Source: Euzebyales bacterium
Lineage (GTDB): Bacteria > Actinomycetota > Nitriliruptoria > Euzebyales > JAHELV01
Assembly (NCBI GenBank): GCA_035461305.1
Contig: DATHVN010000163.1
Location: 5,840-69,839, forward strand
Direction: 5' to 3'
Length of the DNA stretch: 64,000 bases
A program made the translations under genes and the position numbers. Positions 10,602 to 19,821 of the stretch are shown here, piece by piece. Within the stretch, counting starts at the first letter, position 1, and every line of letters starts with the position of its first letter. Under the pieces are notes generated by a model that was not told the origin of the DNA, made no database searches, and worked only from the letters and a program-made list of their open reading frames with translations.

Positions 10602-10826
10602 TCAGGTGACCGCCGTGTCCCCCGGGAGCGTGTCCGCGGGGCGCGGGGCGATCTTGATGTCGATGCCGCCGAACATGACCAAGCGCGCGCACGCGCAGCG
10701 TCGCGGCGGGGTCGCGCGCAGCAGGTCCGGTTCGATGCCTTCGAAGACGGCGGTGAGCGATCCACCGCTGGACTCCGGCGAGTTGTTCATCAGCTCATTG
10801 CCCGAGAACAACACGGTCACGCTCAC
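10602..10826 (-). CDS. small hypothetical protein; start uncertain
   Basis: About 90% G/C at third codon positions, strongly coding-like. It lies directly downstream of, and co-oriented with, the PRT-DLH gene. The frame is open upstream to at least 10919, with no ATG/GTG/TTG before GTG 10826. Confidence 0.45.
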   Translation of the reverse strand: MSVTVLFSGNELMNNSPESSGGSLTAVFEGIEPDLLRATPPRRCACARLVMFGGIDIKIAPRPADTLPGDTAVT

Positions 10827-10909
10827 GTCGTCGCCGCTGTCGACCGCCGACCGTCGGACGCGGCGCCCGGTGATGCACCACGGGTCGGCATCGGTCTCCC
10901 GTTCCTCGA

Positions 10910-12304
10910 TCAGGCCCCACTGGCCGGCGGCCTGTTGGACACCGCCGGTTCGGACCGCGCGGGATCGCCCGTCCCGTCGGCAGGCGACAGGTGGGTGGTG
11001 AACCAGTCTTTCGCCAGCTCGGCGACACGTTCGAGCGCACCGGGTTCGCTGAACAGGTGGGTGGCGCCGGGCACGACCTCGAGCCGGCTGCCGTGCCCGA
11101 GCTGCGTCAGTGCGCTCGTGTTCAGGTCGAGGACCGGTTCGTCACGACCACCCACGATCAGGAGGGTGGGCGCCTCCACCTGACCGAGCGTCCGCGCCAG
11201 GTCGGGACGGCCACCGCGCGACACGACCGCCGCGACCGCGGGACGCCAGGCGGCCGCGACCAGTGCCGCAGCGGCGCCGGTGCTCGCGCCGAAGTAGCCG
11301 ACCGGTAGTCCCGCGGCCTCCGGTTGCGACTCGAGCCACCGGGTCGCAGTGTCGAGGCGGTTCGCGAGCAACCCGATGTCGAAGACGTTGTTGCGGTCCG
11401 CCGCCTCGTTGGCGTCGAGCAGGTCGAACAGCAGGGTCGCGAGACCGGCGGCGTTGAGCGTCCGAGCGACGGCGGTGTTGCGTGGGCTCTGCCGGCTGCT
11501 GCCGCTACCGTGCGCGAACACCACCATCCCGATCGGATCGGGTGGGACCGACAGGGTGCCGGGCAACCGGGTCCCGTCAGCGGGGATGCGCACGTCACGC
11601 GTCTGGTGCCGCCGCGGGGTCCCGGACGACTCCGCTGCGGCGTGGCCCGAGCCATGGCGGGCCAGCAGGGCCGCCACCTCGTCGTCGCCGACCTGCGTGA
11701 AGTCGGCGTACCACCGGCCGATCGCCATGAAGTGCGTCGGTGTGCGCAGGCAGACCACCTCGTCGGCGCGGTCCCGCATGGCGTCAACGGTCTCCGATGG
11801 TGCCACGGGCACGGCCAGCACGACCTTGGCGGGGTGGCGGGCGCGCACGATGTCGAGGGCGGCGCGCGCCGTGAAGCCGGTCGCCAACCCGTCGTCGACC
11901 ACGATGGCCGTGCGGCCCTCGACCGGCGCCGCCGGCCGGTCTCCCCGGTAGCGGCGGGCACGCCGGTCCACCTCGGCCTGCTCGGTGGCCGTGACGCGCG
12001 CCAACTCCTCCTCGGTGATGCCGAGGCTGGCGATCAGGGGATCGTTGCGGACCTCGAGCCCACCTTGGGCGATGGCACCGATCCCCAGCTCCGGGTGCTG
12101 CGGCCAGCCGAGCTTGCGGACGATGAGCACGTCGAGCGGTGCGTCGAGCCGTGCGGCCACCTCGGCGGCGACGGGCACGCCACCACGTGGGAGGGCGATG
12201 ACGACGGGATGCTCGTAGTCGCGTCGTGCCAGCGCGGCCGCGAGCTGACGCCCGGCGTCCCGCCTGTCGTCGAACCGTCTGGTGTCTGGCGATCGTCTCC
12301 GCAT
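10910..12304 (-). CDS. phosphoribosyltransferase - dienelactone hydrolase (alpha/beta hydrolase) fusion protein (Rv0571c-type architecture)
   Basis: The N-terminal PRT domain has LPRGGVPVA and the PRPP loop VVDDGLATG. The C-terminal hydrolase has FAHGSGSS and the nucleophile elbow GASTGA. Start at MRRRSPDT (12304). Confidence 0.9.
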   Translation of the reverse strand: MRRRSPDTRRFDDRRDAGRQLAAALARRDYEHPVVIALPRGGVPVAAEVAARLDAPLDVLIVRKLGWPQHPELGIGAIAQGGLEVRNDPLIASLGITEEELARVTATEQAEVDRRARRYRGDRPAAPVEGRTAIVVDDGLATGFTARAALDIVRARHPAKVVLAVPVAPSETVDAMRDRADEVVCLRTPTHFMAIGRWYADFTQVGDDEVAALLARHGSGHAAAESSGTPRRHQTRDVRIPADGTRLPGTLSVPPDPIGMVVFAHGSGSSRQSPRNTAVARTLNAAGLATLLFDLLDANEAADRNNVFDIGLLANRLDTATRWLESQPEAAGLPVGYFGASTGAAAALVAAAWRPAVAAVVSRGGRPDLARTLGQVEAPTLLIVGGRDEPVLDLNTSALTQLGHGSRLEVVPGATHLFSEPGALERVAELAKDWFTTHLSPADGTGDPARSEPAVSNRPPASGA

Positions 12305-12642
12305 GGTGGCGGCTCCCAACGCAACCTGTATCCCAGGGGCGCGCCGTCCACCCGGCCGCCGCGCCCGGATGAGCACCTGCCAGGATCGTGTCCGGCGCAT
12401 GCCGGGCCAGAGCCGAACGTCCCGCCGATTCGCGCCATCCGTCGTCGCTGGCGCTCCGTCGGGTCGACCGGCCCTGCCGCGGGCGGCCTCTGGACCGGTA
12501 TGCGTCCCGTCCGGTGTCCACGTTTCCTGCACGTGTGGGTCGTGCGCCGGCAGCCCGCGTGGGACCTTCCGCCGCATGTGCAAGGACGAGTGGACTGCAT
12601 ATGGCCCGGCGGTGACGTGACGCTGGGGCGCATGCACTGACC

Positions 12643-14994
12643 TTGTCGGCGGACATGCCCGGGACCCGCAACACCGTGATGCTTGTGGTGAGCTTCCTCG
12701 CCGTCGTGGCGGGGGGCGTCGCCGCGCTCGCGGGAGCCCGTGCTGTCGCCGATCTCGTATGGGCGGGCGCGACCGCCGCCGTCGCCATCCAGCTCGTCGT
12801 CGACATCATCGCGGACCTGGTGCGTCGCCGCGCCGGCGTGGACGTGATCGCGCTGCTGGCCATGGCGGGTGCGCTGGCGCTGGGACAGTACCTGGCCGGC
12901 GCCGTGATCGCGGTCATGCTGACCGGGGGGCAGGCGCTGGAGGCGCACGCCGCGGGCCGGGCGCGCCGTGAGCTGGCCGCACTGCTGGAAGGTGCGCCCA
13001 GGGCGGCGCACCGGCTGCTCGACGACCGTGTCGAGACCGTCGAGGTCGATGCCGTCGAACGCGGAGAGCTGCTCCTGGTGCGGTCGGGCGAAGCCGTCCC
13101 GGTCGACGCCGTCGTGGTCGACACCATCGGGTTGTTCGACGAGTCCGCGCTGACCGGTGAGACGCGCCCGGTGCGGCGCCGCGAGCACGCGCGCGTCGGC
13201 AGCGGCGCGATCAACGCCGGTGGGCCTGTCCGCGTGCGCGCGGTCAGCACGGCAGCGGACAGCACCTACGCGGGCATCGTCCGGCTCGTGCGTGAGGCGG
13301 CGGACGCCAGGACGACGTTCACGCGGATGGCCGACCGTTACGCGCTTGCGTTCGTGCCCGCGACACTGGTAGTGGCGGCCGGGGCGTGGATCGTGTCCGG
13401 TGACCCGGTGCGGGCGCTCGCGGTGCTGGTCGTGGCGACACCCTGTCCGCTGATCCTCGCCGCACCGATCGCGCTCGTCTCCGGCGTCTCGGTCGCGGCG
13501 CGACGTGGGATCATCGTCAAGGGCGCGTCCGCGCTCGAGCAGCTGGCGGAAGCGACGTCCGTGGTGTTCGACAAGACGGGCACGCTGACCGCCGGCGCCC
13601 CGCGGGTCGCCGAGGTCGTCGCTGTGCCCGGGACGGATCGCGACGAGGTGCTGCGGCTCGCCGCGAGCGTCGAGCAGGCCTCGTCGCACGTCTTCGCTGA
13701 CGCGATCATCGACGCCGCGCGTGACCGGGGTCTCCGGCTCACCTTCCCCGTGGAGGTCGTCGAGGATCCCGGGGTCGGGATCGCAGGGCAGGTCGACGGA
13801 GGCCGCGTCCGTCTCGGTTCGGCGGCGTGGGTCGCGGGCGGCTCGGCGGTGCCCGCGGCGGTCGAGGTCGCACAGCGCCGGGCGCGGCTGGAGGGCTCGT
13901 CGGCCGTCCTGGTCTCTGTCGACGACACGCCCCAGGGGGCGCTGCTCCTCGACGATCCGCTCCGTCCGGAGTCCGGCCGCGTCGTGCGCTCGCTGCGGGC
14001 GGCGGGGGTCGGCCACGTCGGCATGCTGACCGGTGATGATCGCGCTGTCGCCGAGGTGGTCGCCAGCGCCCTCGGACTCGACGACGTCCGACCCGAGCTG
14101 AGCCCGAGCGACAAGATCGTCGCGATCCAGGATGGCCAGGACCGCGGGCGGGGGCTGACGGTGATGGTCGGCGACGGTGTCAATGACGCTCCCGCCCTGG
14201 CCGGCGCCGACCTCGGCGTCGCCATGGGCGCTCGTGGCGCGTCCGCCTCGTCGGAGGCGGCGGACATCGTGATCACGGTCGACCGACTCGATCGGCTCAC
14301 CGAGGGGATGGCGATCGCCCGCTGGTCGCGGCACATCGCCACCCAGAGCGTCGTGGCTGGCATGGGGCTGTCGCTGGTGGCGATGGGCTTCGCGGCGGCG
14401 GGGAGCATCGCGCCACTCGCCGGGGCCGTCCTGCAGGAGGTCATCGATGTGGCGGTCATCCTCAACGCGCTGCGGGCGTTGCGGCCGCCCGGCACCAGTC
14501 GCGTGACGGCCTCGGACCGCCGCTCCAGCGCGCTGTTCCGGAACGAGCACCGCACCCTGCTGGCCGGGGTCGACGACGTCAAGGGCGTCGCCGACCGGCT
14601 CGAGTGGACGACCGCCGACCACGCGCGGCGGGACCTCGACGACGTTCGTTGCTTCCTCACCGACCGGCTGCTGCCGCACGAGCAGGCCGAGGAGCGGCAG
14701 CTCTACCCACGTCTGGCGTCCGTCAGCGATGGCAGGGATCCGACGGAGCCGCTGATCGGCGCACACCGGGAGATCGAGCGGATCGTCGCGCTGTTCGAGC
14801 GCCTGGCCACCAACCTGCCCGCCGACGGTCCCGGACCGGGCGACCGCCTCGAGCTGCGCCGCCTGCTGTACGGGTTGCACGCGATCCTGCGCCTGCATTT
14901 CGCGCAGGAGGAGGAGCTGTACCTGGGCCTGGACGACGGGACGGTCGCCGTGCCGGCGAACAGCACGGGCGCGCGACCGTCCGCCCGCCGCTGA
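12643..14994 (+). CDS. P1B-5-type heavy-metal P-type ATPase with C-terminal hemerythrin-like domain
   Basis: The TM motif is TPCP, with FDKTGTLT and GDGVNDAP also present and no N-terminal CxxC metal-binding domain. The C-terminal ~150 aa carry hemerythrin H/E ligand motifs (NEHR, HEQAEE, HREIE, HFAQEEE). The track start is TTG 12643; ATG 12655 is an alternative. Confidence 0.9.
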   Translation: MSADMPGTRNTVMLVVSFLAVVAGGVAALAGARAVADLVWAGATAAVAIQLVVDIIADLVRRRAGVDVIALLAMAGALALGQYLAGAVIAVMLTGGQALEAHAAGRARRELAALLEGAPRAAHRLLDDRVETVEVDAVERGELLLVRSGEAVPVDAVVVDTIGLFDESALTGETRPVRRREHARVGSGAINAGGPVRVRAVSTAADSTYAGIVRLVREAADARTTFTRMADRYALAFVPATLVVAAGAWIVSGDPVRALAVLVVATPCPLILAAPIALVSGVSVAARRGIIVKGASALEQLAEATSVVFDKTGTLTAGAPRVAEVVAVPGTDRDEVLRLAASVEQASSHVFADAIIDAARDRGLRLTFPVEVVEDPGVGIAGQVDGGRVRLGSAAWVAGGSAVPAAVEVAQRRARLEGSSAVLVSVDDTPQGALLLDDPLRPESGRVVRSLRAAGVGHVGMLTGDDRAVAEVVASALGLDDVRPELSPSDKIVAIQDGQDRGRGLTVMVGDGVNDAPALAGADLGVAMGARGASASSEAADIVITVDRLDRLTEGMAIARWSRHIATQSVVAGMGLSLVAMGFAAAGSIAPLAGAVLQEVIDVAVILNALRALRPPGTSRVTASDRRSSALFRNEHRTLLAGVDDVKGVADRLEWTTADHARRDLDDVRCFLTDRLLPHEQAEERQLYPRLASVSDGRDPTEPLIGAHREIERIVALFERLATNLPADGPGPGDRLELRRLLYGLHAILRLHFAQEEELYLGLDDGTVAVPANSTGARPSARR

Positions 14995-15060
14995 GTGCGG
15001 TGTGGGCGACGTCGAGGATCCGACCCGGCACATGGGTTCGGGCGCGCCACAACGCCTACC

Positions 15061-16593
15061 ATGTGGGGCCAGATGCACAGGTCCACGAACAGCACGACCA
15101 GTGAGTACCTGGTTCGCGATCACCGTGCGCCTGTGCGTCCTCTGCCCTGGCTGGCGTTGCTCGGCCTCGCGCTGCTGGCGATGGTCGCCGGCGTCACGAC
15201 CGCGCGGGCAGCGTCAGACGACCCCACCGTGCACGTCGTCGAGATCAGTGGGCCGATCGATCTGGGCTTGGCACCGTACCTCGACCGCGTACTGCAGGAC
15301 GCCGTCCAGGCCGACGCCGCGGCGGTCCTGCTCGACGTTGACACCCCCGGTGGACGACTCGACGCCGTGCTTCGGATGCGGGATGCCCTGATCGGCAGCC
15401 CGGTGCGGACCATCGCGTTCGTGGATCGGACGGCATTGTCGGCCGGGGCCCTCGTGACGATCGCCAGCGACGAGATCTACGTCGCCCCGGGCTCGACGCT
15501 GGGAGCGGCGACACCCGTGGTCGGCGGCTCCGGTGAACCCGCGGACGAGAAGACGGTGTCGGCCGTGCGCGCCACGTTCGCCGCCACTGCCGATGCCACC
15601 GGTCGTGATCCCAGAGTCGCCGAGGCGATGGTCGATCCCGACGTTGCGATCGAGGGTCTCGTCGAGACCGGCGAGTTGTTGACCCTCGGTCCCGACGAGG
15701 CTGTCGCGACCGGATACGCCGAGGACCTGATCGCGGACCGCGCCGGCGTGCTCGACGCCGCCGGACTAGCCGTCGCCGACGTTGTGGAGACTGCGCCGAG
15801 CCCCGCCGAGTCCATCGTCCGGTTCCTGACCAACCCGGTGGTCGCCTCGCTTCTGGTGACACTGGCGATGTGGCTGCTGATCGCCGACCTCACCACCGGC
15901 GGGATCGGCCTCGCGAGTGGCATCGCGGTTGCGGCGTTCGCGGTCTTCCTCTGGGGCCACCTGCTCGCGGGGCTCGCTGGGTGGGAGGAGGTCGTCCTGC
16001 TCGCAATCGGGCTGGTGTTGATCGGGTTGGAGCTGCTCGTCGTGCCCGGCGTGGGTCTTCCTGGCCTGCTCGGACTCGCCGCGGTGCTCGGCGGCATGTT
16101 CATGGCGCAGCTCAGTGGGCCCATCGTGACGGGAGCGGAGGTCCGGCGTGCGGCCGTGACCGTCGGCGCGACCTTCGCCGCCGTCGTCATCGGGCTGGTC
16201 GTCGCGGTGCGTCTGTTGACCCGGTACGGTGCGCCGCACGCACTGGTGCTCGACACCCAGCTCGGCAGTGGTGAGCTCGTCACCGAGCGGGCCACCGGGG
16301 GATGGGTGCGGTGGTTCGGCGGAGGCGAGGAGCTCGTGCTCGAGGGTGCGGGTGGGACCGCCACGGACGACTGGCACGGACGGCCCGTGTACCTGGGAGG
16401 TCGTCGCGGGGTGGCGGTGTCCAGCCTGCGACCGGCCGGGATCGCCGAGATCGACGGCCAACGCATTGACGTCGTCAGTTCCGGTGGCTACATCCCGGCC
16501 GGTGATCCCATCGAGGTCGTACGCGACGACGGCTACCGCCGGGTCGTCGAGCGTGTTCCGACGACGCCGGCGCACCTCCGGGCAGGTGAGTAG
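15061..16593 (+). CDS. NfeD-family membrane-bound ClpP-class serine protease
   Basis: A signal/TM segment is followed by a ClpP-like domain (VVEISGPID...DTPGGRLD...[27 protein letters not shown]). Hydrophobic TM segments and a C-terminal OB-like domain follow. Alternative start at 15073. Confidence 0.85.
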   Translation: MWGQMHRSTNSTTSEYLVRDHRAPVRPLPWLALLGLALLAMVAGVTTARAASDDPTVHVVEISGPIDLGLAPYLDRVLQDAVQADAAAVLLDVDTPGGRLDAVLRMRDALIGSPVRTIAFVDRTALSAGALVTIASDEIYVAPGSTLGAATPVVGGSGEPADEKTVSAVRATFAATADATGRDPRVAEAMVDPDVAIEGLVETGELLTLGPDEAVATGYAEDLIADRAGVLDAAGLAVADVVETAPSPAESIVRFLTNPVVASLLVTLAMWLLIADLTTGGIGLASGIAVAAFAVFLWGHLLAGLAGWEEVVLLAIGLVLIGLELLVVPGVGLPGLLGLAAVLGGMFMAQLSGPIVTGAEVRRAAVTVGATFAAVVIGLVVAVRLLTRYGAPHALVLDTQLGSGELVTERATGGWVRWFGGGEELVLEGAGGTATDDWHGRPVYLGGRRGVAVSSLRPAGIAEIDGQRIDVVSSGGYIPAGDPIEVVRDDGYRRVVERVPTTPAHLRAGE

Positions 16594-16682
16594 CCGTCCG
16601 CCTCCCGCTGTTGGCGCGACATGTGCGGAATCGGTCCGATCAACGTCGCAGTAGCGTGGCCACAGCGACGAAGGGACATCCA

Positions 16683-17633
16683 ATGGACGTCATACTGATC
16701 GTCATCGTCGTGGTCGGCATCCTCCTGGTTGCCGCTGTGCTGTACGTGATCCCGCTCGGGTTGTGGATCACCGCGCTGTTCGCCGGCGTGCGGATCAGCA
16801 TTGGCCGGCTCGTCGGCATGCGGTTGCGCAAGGTCGTGCCGGGCCAGATCATCCGCCCGTACATCAGTGCGGCCAAGGCTGGCCTCGACCTTGAGATCCC
16901 CCAGATGGAGGCGCACTATCTCGCCGGCGGCCAGGTCGGTCGCGTCGTGCAGGCGCTGATCTCAGCCGACCGGGCCAACATCGAGCTGTCATGGCGAAGG
17001 GCGACGGCGATCGACCTCGCAGGACGCAACGTGCTCGAGGCCGTGCAGGTGAGTGTGACCCCCAAGGTGATCGAGACCCCCCGGGTGGCAGCGGTAGCCA
17101 AGGACGGCATCCAGGTCGTGGCGGTCGCACGCGTCACGGTGCGCGCCAACATCGACCGCCTCGTCGGAGGCGCGGGTGAGGAGACGATCATCGCCCGGGT
17201 CGGAGAGGGCACGGTCTCGTCGATCGGCTCGTCGGAGACCCACAAGAAGGTGCTCGAGAACCCCGACAACATCTCCCGGTACGTGCTCGAACGGGGGCTC
17301 GACTCCGGCACAGCGTTCGAGATCCTGTCGATCGACATCGCCGATGTCGACGTCGGCCGCAACATCGGTGCCGAGCTCCAGACCAATCAGGCGGAGGCAG
17401 ACAAGAAGATCGCGCAGGCCAAGGCCGAGGAACGCCGGGCGATGGCCGTCGCGAAGGAGCAGGAGATGCGCGCCAAGGTCGTCGAGGCCGAGGCGCAGGT
17501 GCCGCAGGCCATCGCCGAGGCGTTCCGCCAGGGCAACCTCGGTGTGATGGACTATCGCCAGCTCCAGAACGTCGAGGCCGACACAAGGATGCGGTCGTCG
17601 CTGGCCGATGGCCGGGACGACGCTGGTGTCTGA
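16683..17633 (+). CDS. floA: flotillin-like protein FloA (YqfA/UPF0365 family)
   Basis: An N-terminal hairpin ([19 protein letters not shown]) is followed by an SPFH-type body and a C-terminal EA-rich coiled region ([37 protein letters not shown]). It is adjacent to nfeD, as in yqeZ-yqfA. Confidence 0.9.
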   Translation: MDVILIVIVVVGILLVAAVLYVIPLGLWITALFAGVRISIGRLVGMRLRKVVPGQIIRPYISAAKAGLDLEIPQMEAHYLAGGQVGRVVQALISADRANIELSWRRATAIDLAGRNVLEAVQVSVTPKVIETPRVAAVAKDGIQVVAVARVTVRANIDRLVGGAGEETIIARVGEGTVSSIGSSETHKKVLENPDNISRYVLERGLDSGTAFEILSIDIADVDVGRNIGAELQTNQAEADKKIAQAKAEERRAMAVAKEQEMRAKVVEAEAQVPQAIAEAFRQGNLGVMDYRQLQNVEADTRMRSSLADGRDDAGV

Positions 17634-17886
17634 GTCGACCGCTCCGACCGGCAGGCACGTGGCCGACGAGCAGGAATCAGCAGGGGCCCCCGCGCAACCC
17701 TCACGGAGTCGGCCGCCACCGGCCGGCGCCGACCAGACCTCGGCATCAGCGCGGCGTCGCCGGCTGCGCGCCCTGCTTCACACCCCGGAGGGATTGCGGC
17801 AGGCGCTGCTGGCACGGGAGATCCTCGACCCACCGGAGGCTGTCCGTCCGCGCGCTCGCCGGAGACGCGCTCAGCGCACCTGGTGA
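17608..17886 (+). CDS. possible small hypothetical protein downstream of floA
   Basis: The ORF overlaps the floA 3' end. It has moderate GC3 and one helical-looking segment ([27 protein letters not shown]), but is otherwise low-complexity. Confidence 0.25.
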   Translation: MAGTTLVSESTAPTGRHVADEQESAGAPAQPSRSRPPPAGADQTSASARRRRLRALLHTPEGLRQALLAREILDPPEAVRPRARRRRAQRTW

Positions 17887-18281
17887 TCGCAGTGACGCCC
17901 GGGGGTGGTGGCTCCCACAGCATGGGCATGGCCAGGAATCCGTCCGCCTGGGTCCGGTCGCCACGCGGCCAGGAGCACGTTGGCACGTTCCGTGATCGTC
18001 GCCAGCACACGTTGGGCCGTAGCGAGATCGTCGCTGCCCAGACCCGCCCACATCTGCGAACGTCGTTCCGGGCCGCTCGGCGTCGAACACCCTCGCCGGT
18101 GACCGCCCGATGCCGGCCACGCCCGCGAACTGGCCGCCGGCGCGTCGCCCCAGCCACCAGGACCAGCCGATCAGCAACGGCGGGGGCCCGTCCGAGCAGG
18201 GTGTCCGAGTGCCCAGAGTCCGCGCGGGCCTGGTGAAACGGGCCTCAGCTTCGCCGCGGGCGCATGCATCGATGATGTGCG

Positions 18282-19283
18282 ATGACACCGATCGACGCGC
18301 ACAACGGAGGACGCATGCTGACTGTGCGATGGCGCCCCGACGAAGGACTGGTCGACGAGGTCGTCGGCCCGCAGGAGGCCCGGCGGCTGCTCGGCGACAC
18401 CGCACCTGGGGTCGGGGCGTCGTGGATCGACGTCGAGCACCCGGAGGGTGACGAACTGGACGTCGTGGCAGCGGCCGGGGGGATCGCTCGGGAGGCCCTC
18501 GCGAAGGTGCTCGCCTCGACCCGGCCTGGCGTCCACGGTGGCGACCCCCACAGGACGGTGCTGGTCCCGGCGATGCGGGCCGATGATCGTGGCCTGCACG
18601 CCGACGTGCTCGCGGTCATGATCGGCCCGGCCGAGGTCGTGACGTGCAGTCGCGCCGGCGGTGCCGGTCGAGCTGGTCTCATCGCTGCCATCGGCTCGCG
18701 GCTGGCGGCCTTGGACCGGGTGCGGACGGGTGACGCGTTCGCGGTGATCATCGACGAGGTGGTCGACGCTCTGTGGGACGTCAGCGACGAGCTCGACGAC
18801 CGGCTGGTGGCGGCCGAACGCACATCGCTGGACGACGCGGAGACCCCGCACGAGGCACTGCAGTCGCTCCGGCGCGACATCCTGGTGCTCCACCGCGCTG
18901 TCGGTCCCCTTCGTCGCGTGCTGGCCGACCTGATCGACATGCGGTTCCACCCGCTCGACGTTGAGCACGTCGCCGAGCTGCGCCAGAGCCACGACGCTGT
19001 CGTCGAGCTGCGAGGACAGATCGACACGCAGCTCCTGCTGCTCAACGGTCTGTCGCAGACCCAGGTGGTCGCGGCGTCGAACCGGGCGAACGAGGTCATG
19101 CAGGCGACGTCGTCGTGGGGGGCGATCCTCGTCGTCGCGACCCTCATCACAGGCGTCTACGGCATGAACTTCCCTACGATGCCCGAGCTCAGGTGGGAGT
19201 TCGGCTACCCGTTCGCCATCGCGCTTATCGTGGCCAGCACGGTGGCGTTGTACGCGCTGTTCAAGTCCCGCGGGTGGCTGTGA
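18282..19283 (+). CDS. corA: CorA-family Mg2+/Co2+ transporter
   Basis: Two C-terminal TM helices carry the signature YGMNF motif (ITGVYGMNFPTMPEL). Alternative start at ATG 18315. Confidence 0.88.
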   Translation: MTPIDAHNGGRMLTVRWRPDEGLVDEVVGPQEARRLLGDTAPGVGASWIDVEHPEGDELDVVAAAGGIAREALAKVLASTRPGVHGGDPHRTVLVPAMRADDRGLHADVLAVMIGPAEVVTCSRAGGAGRAGLIAAIGSRLAALDRVRTGDAFAVIIDEVVDALWDVSDELDDRLVAAERTSLDDAETPHEALQSLRRDILVLHRAVGPLRRVLADLIDMRFHPLDVEHVAELRQSHDAVVELRGQIDTQLLLLNGLSQTQVVAASNRANEVMQATSSWGAILVVATLITGVYGMNFPTMPELRWEFGYPFAIALIVASTVALYALFKSRGWL

Positions 19284-19399
19284 CCGGTCGCTCGCCGCCG
19301 GTCCGGTCCCGGCGGCGGTCCGCCGGACCCGGGACGTTGGACCCTGCCCGACCCGCCGTCGATCCTGCAGGCTTGGCACTGCATGGGAGGTGGGATGCG

Positions 19400-19810
19400 A
19401 TGACGAGCACGCCCGCGCGCGTTGGCACCCCGGTGGACGGTTTCAGTCGCGCATCCGCGTCGGTGAGCGGCCAAAGCCAGGCCGCCCGCGTCGTGAGCGC
19501 CCGGCGGGGCACAGCGCACGTGGCCCGGCGCGCGCTGCTGGTGGGCGCGCTACTGCTGGTCACCGCCTGCGCGCCAGGTCCGAATCCGGAGATCGGGACG
19601 GCCGCCCAGGACGGCGTCGTCGCCGGGTTCTGGCTGGGTCTGTGGCACGGCGTCATCGCGCCCATCACGTTCGTGGTCTCGCTGTTCACCGACGAAGTGA
19701 CGATCTACGAGGTCCACAACAGCGGCAACTGGTACGACGCCGGGTTCTTCCTTGGGTTCGGCGTCCTGCTCGGCGGCGGCGCGTCCGGCTCGCGTGCGAC
19801 GTGGCGCTGA
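19400..19810 (+). CDS. putative lipoprotein/small membrane protein
   Basis: Start MTSTP follows GGGAGGTGGG. A lipobox-like LLLVTAC is present, followed by two hydrophobic segments (GFWLGLWHGVIAPITFVVSLF and GFFLGFGVLLGGG). Confidence 0.6.
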   Translation: MTSTPARVGTPVDGFSRASASVSGQSQAARVVSARRGTAHVARRALLVGALLLVTACAPGPNPEIGTAAQDGVVAGFWLGLWHGVIAPITFVVSLFTDEVTIYEVHNSGNWYDAGFFLGFGVLLGGGASGSRATWR

Positions 19811-19821
19811 TGCCGCGCACG

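Noticed and set aside
12282-12620. ORFs in the PRT-DLH / P1B-5 ATPase intergenic region (12282..12620 + and 12388..12615 +) as a small metalloregulator or chaperone.
   Set aside because: The composition is Arg/Ser/Pro/Cys-rich with no metal-binding fold pattern such as an ArsR HTH or a CsoR C-H-C motif. They are more likely shadow ORFs over a promoter/leader.
17887-18281. A possible M-box (ykoK) Mg2+ riboswitch upstream of corA, prompted by GGTGGTGGCTCC resembling the GGUGAGGCUCC element.
   Set aside because: The other conserved M-box elements are absent or at the wrong spacing. These include the GCUGCUGCCC element about 20 nt downstream, AAUGGGUCAACAGG and UUAAGGUAA. GCTGCCCAG occurs about 140 nt away. 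An Infernal scan would be decisive, but by eye this is not an M-box.
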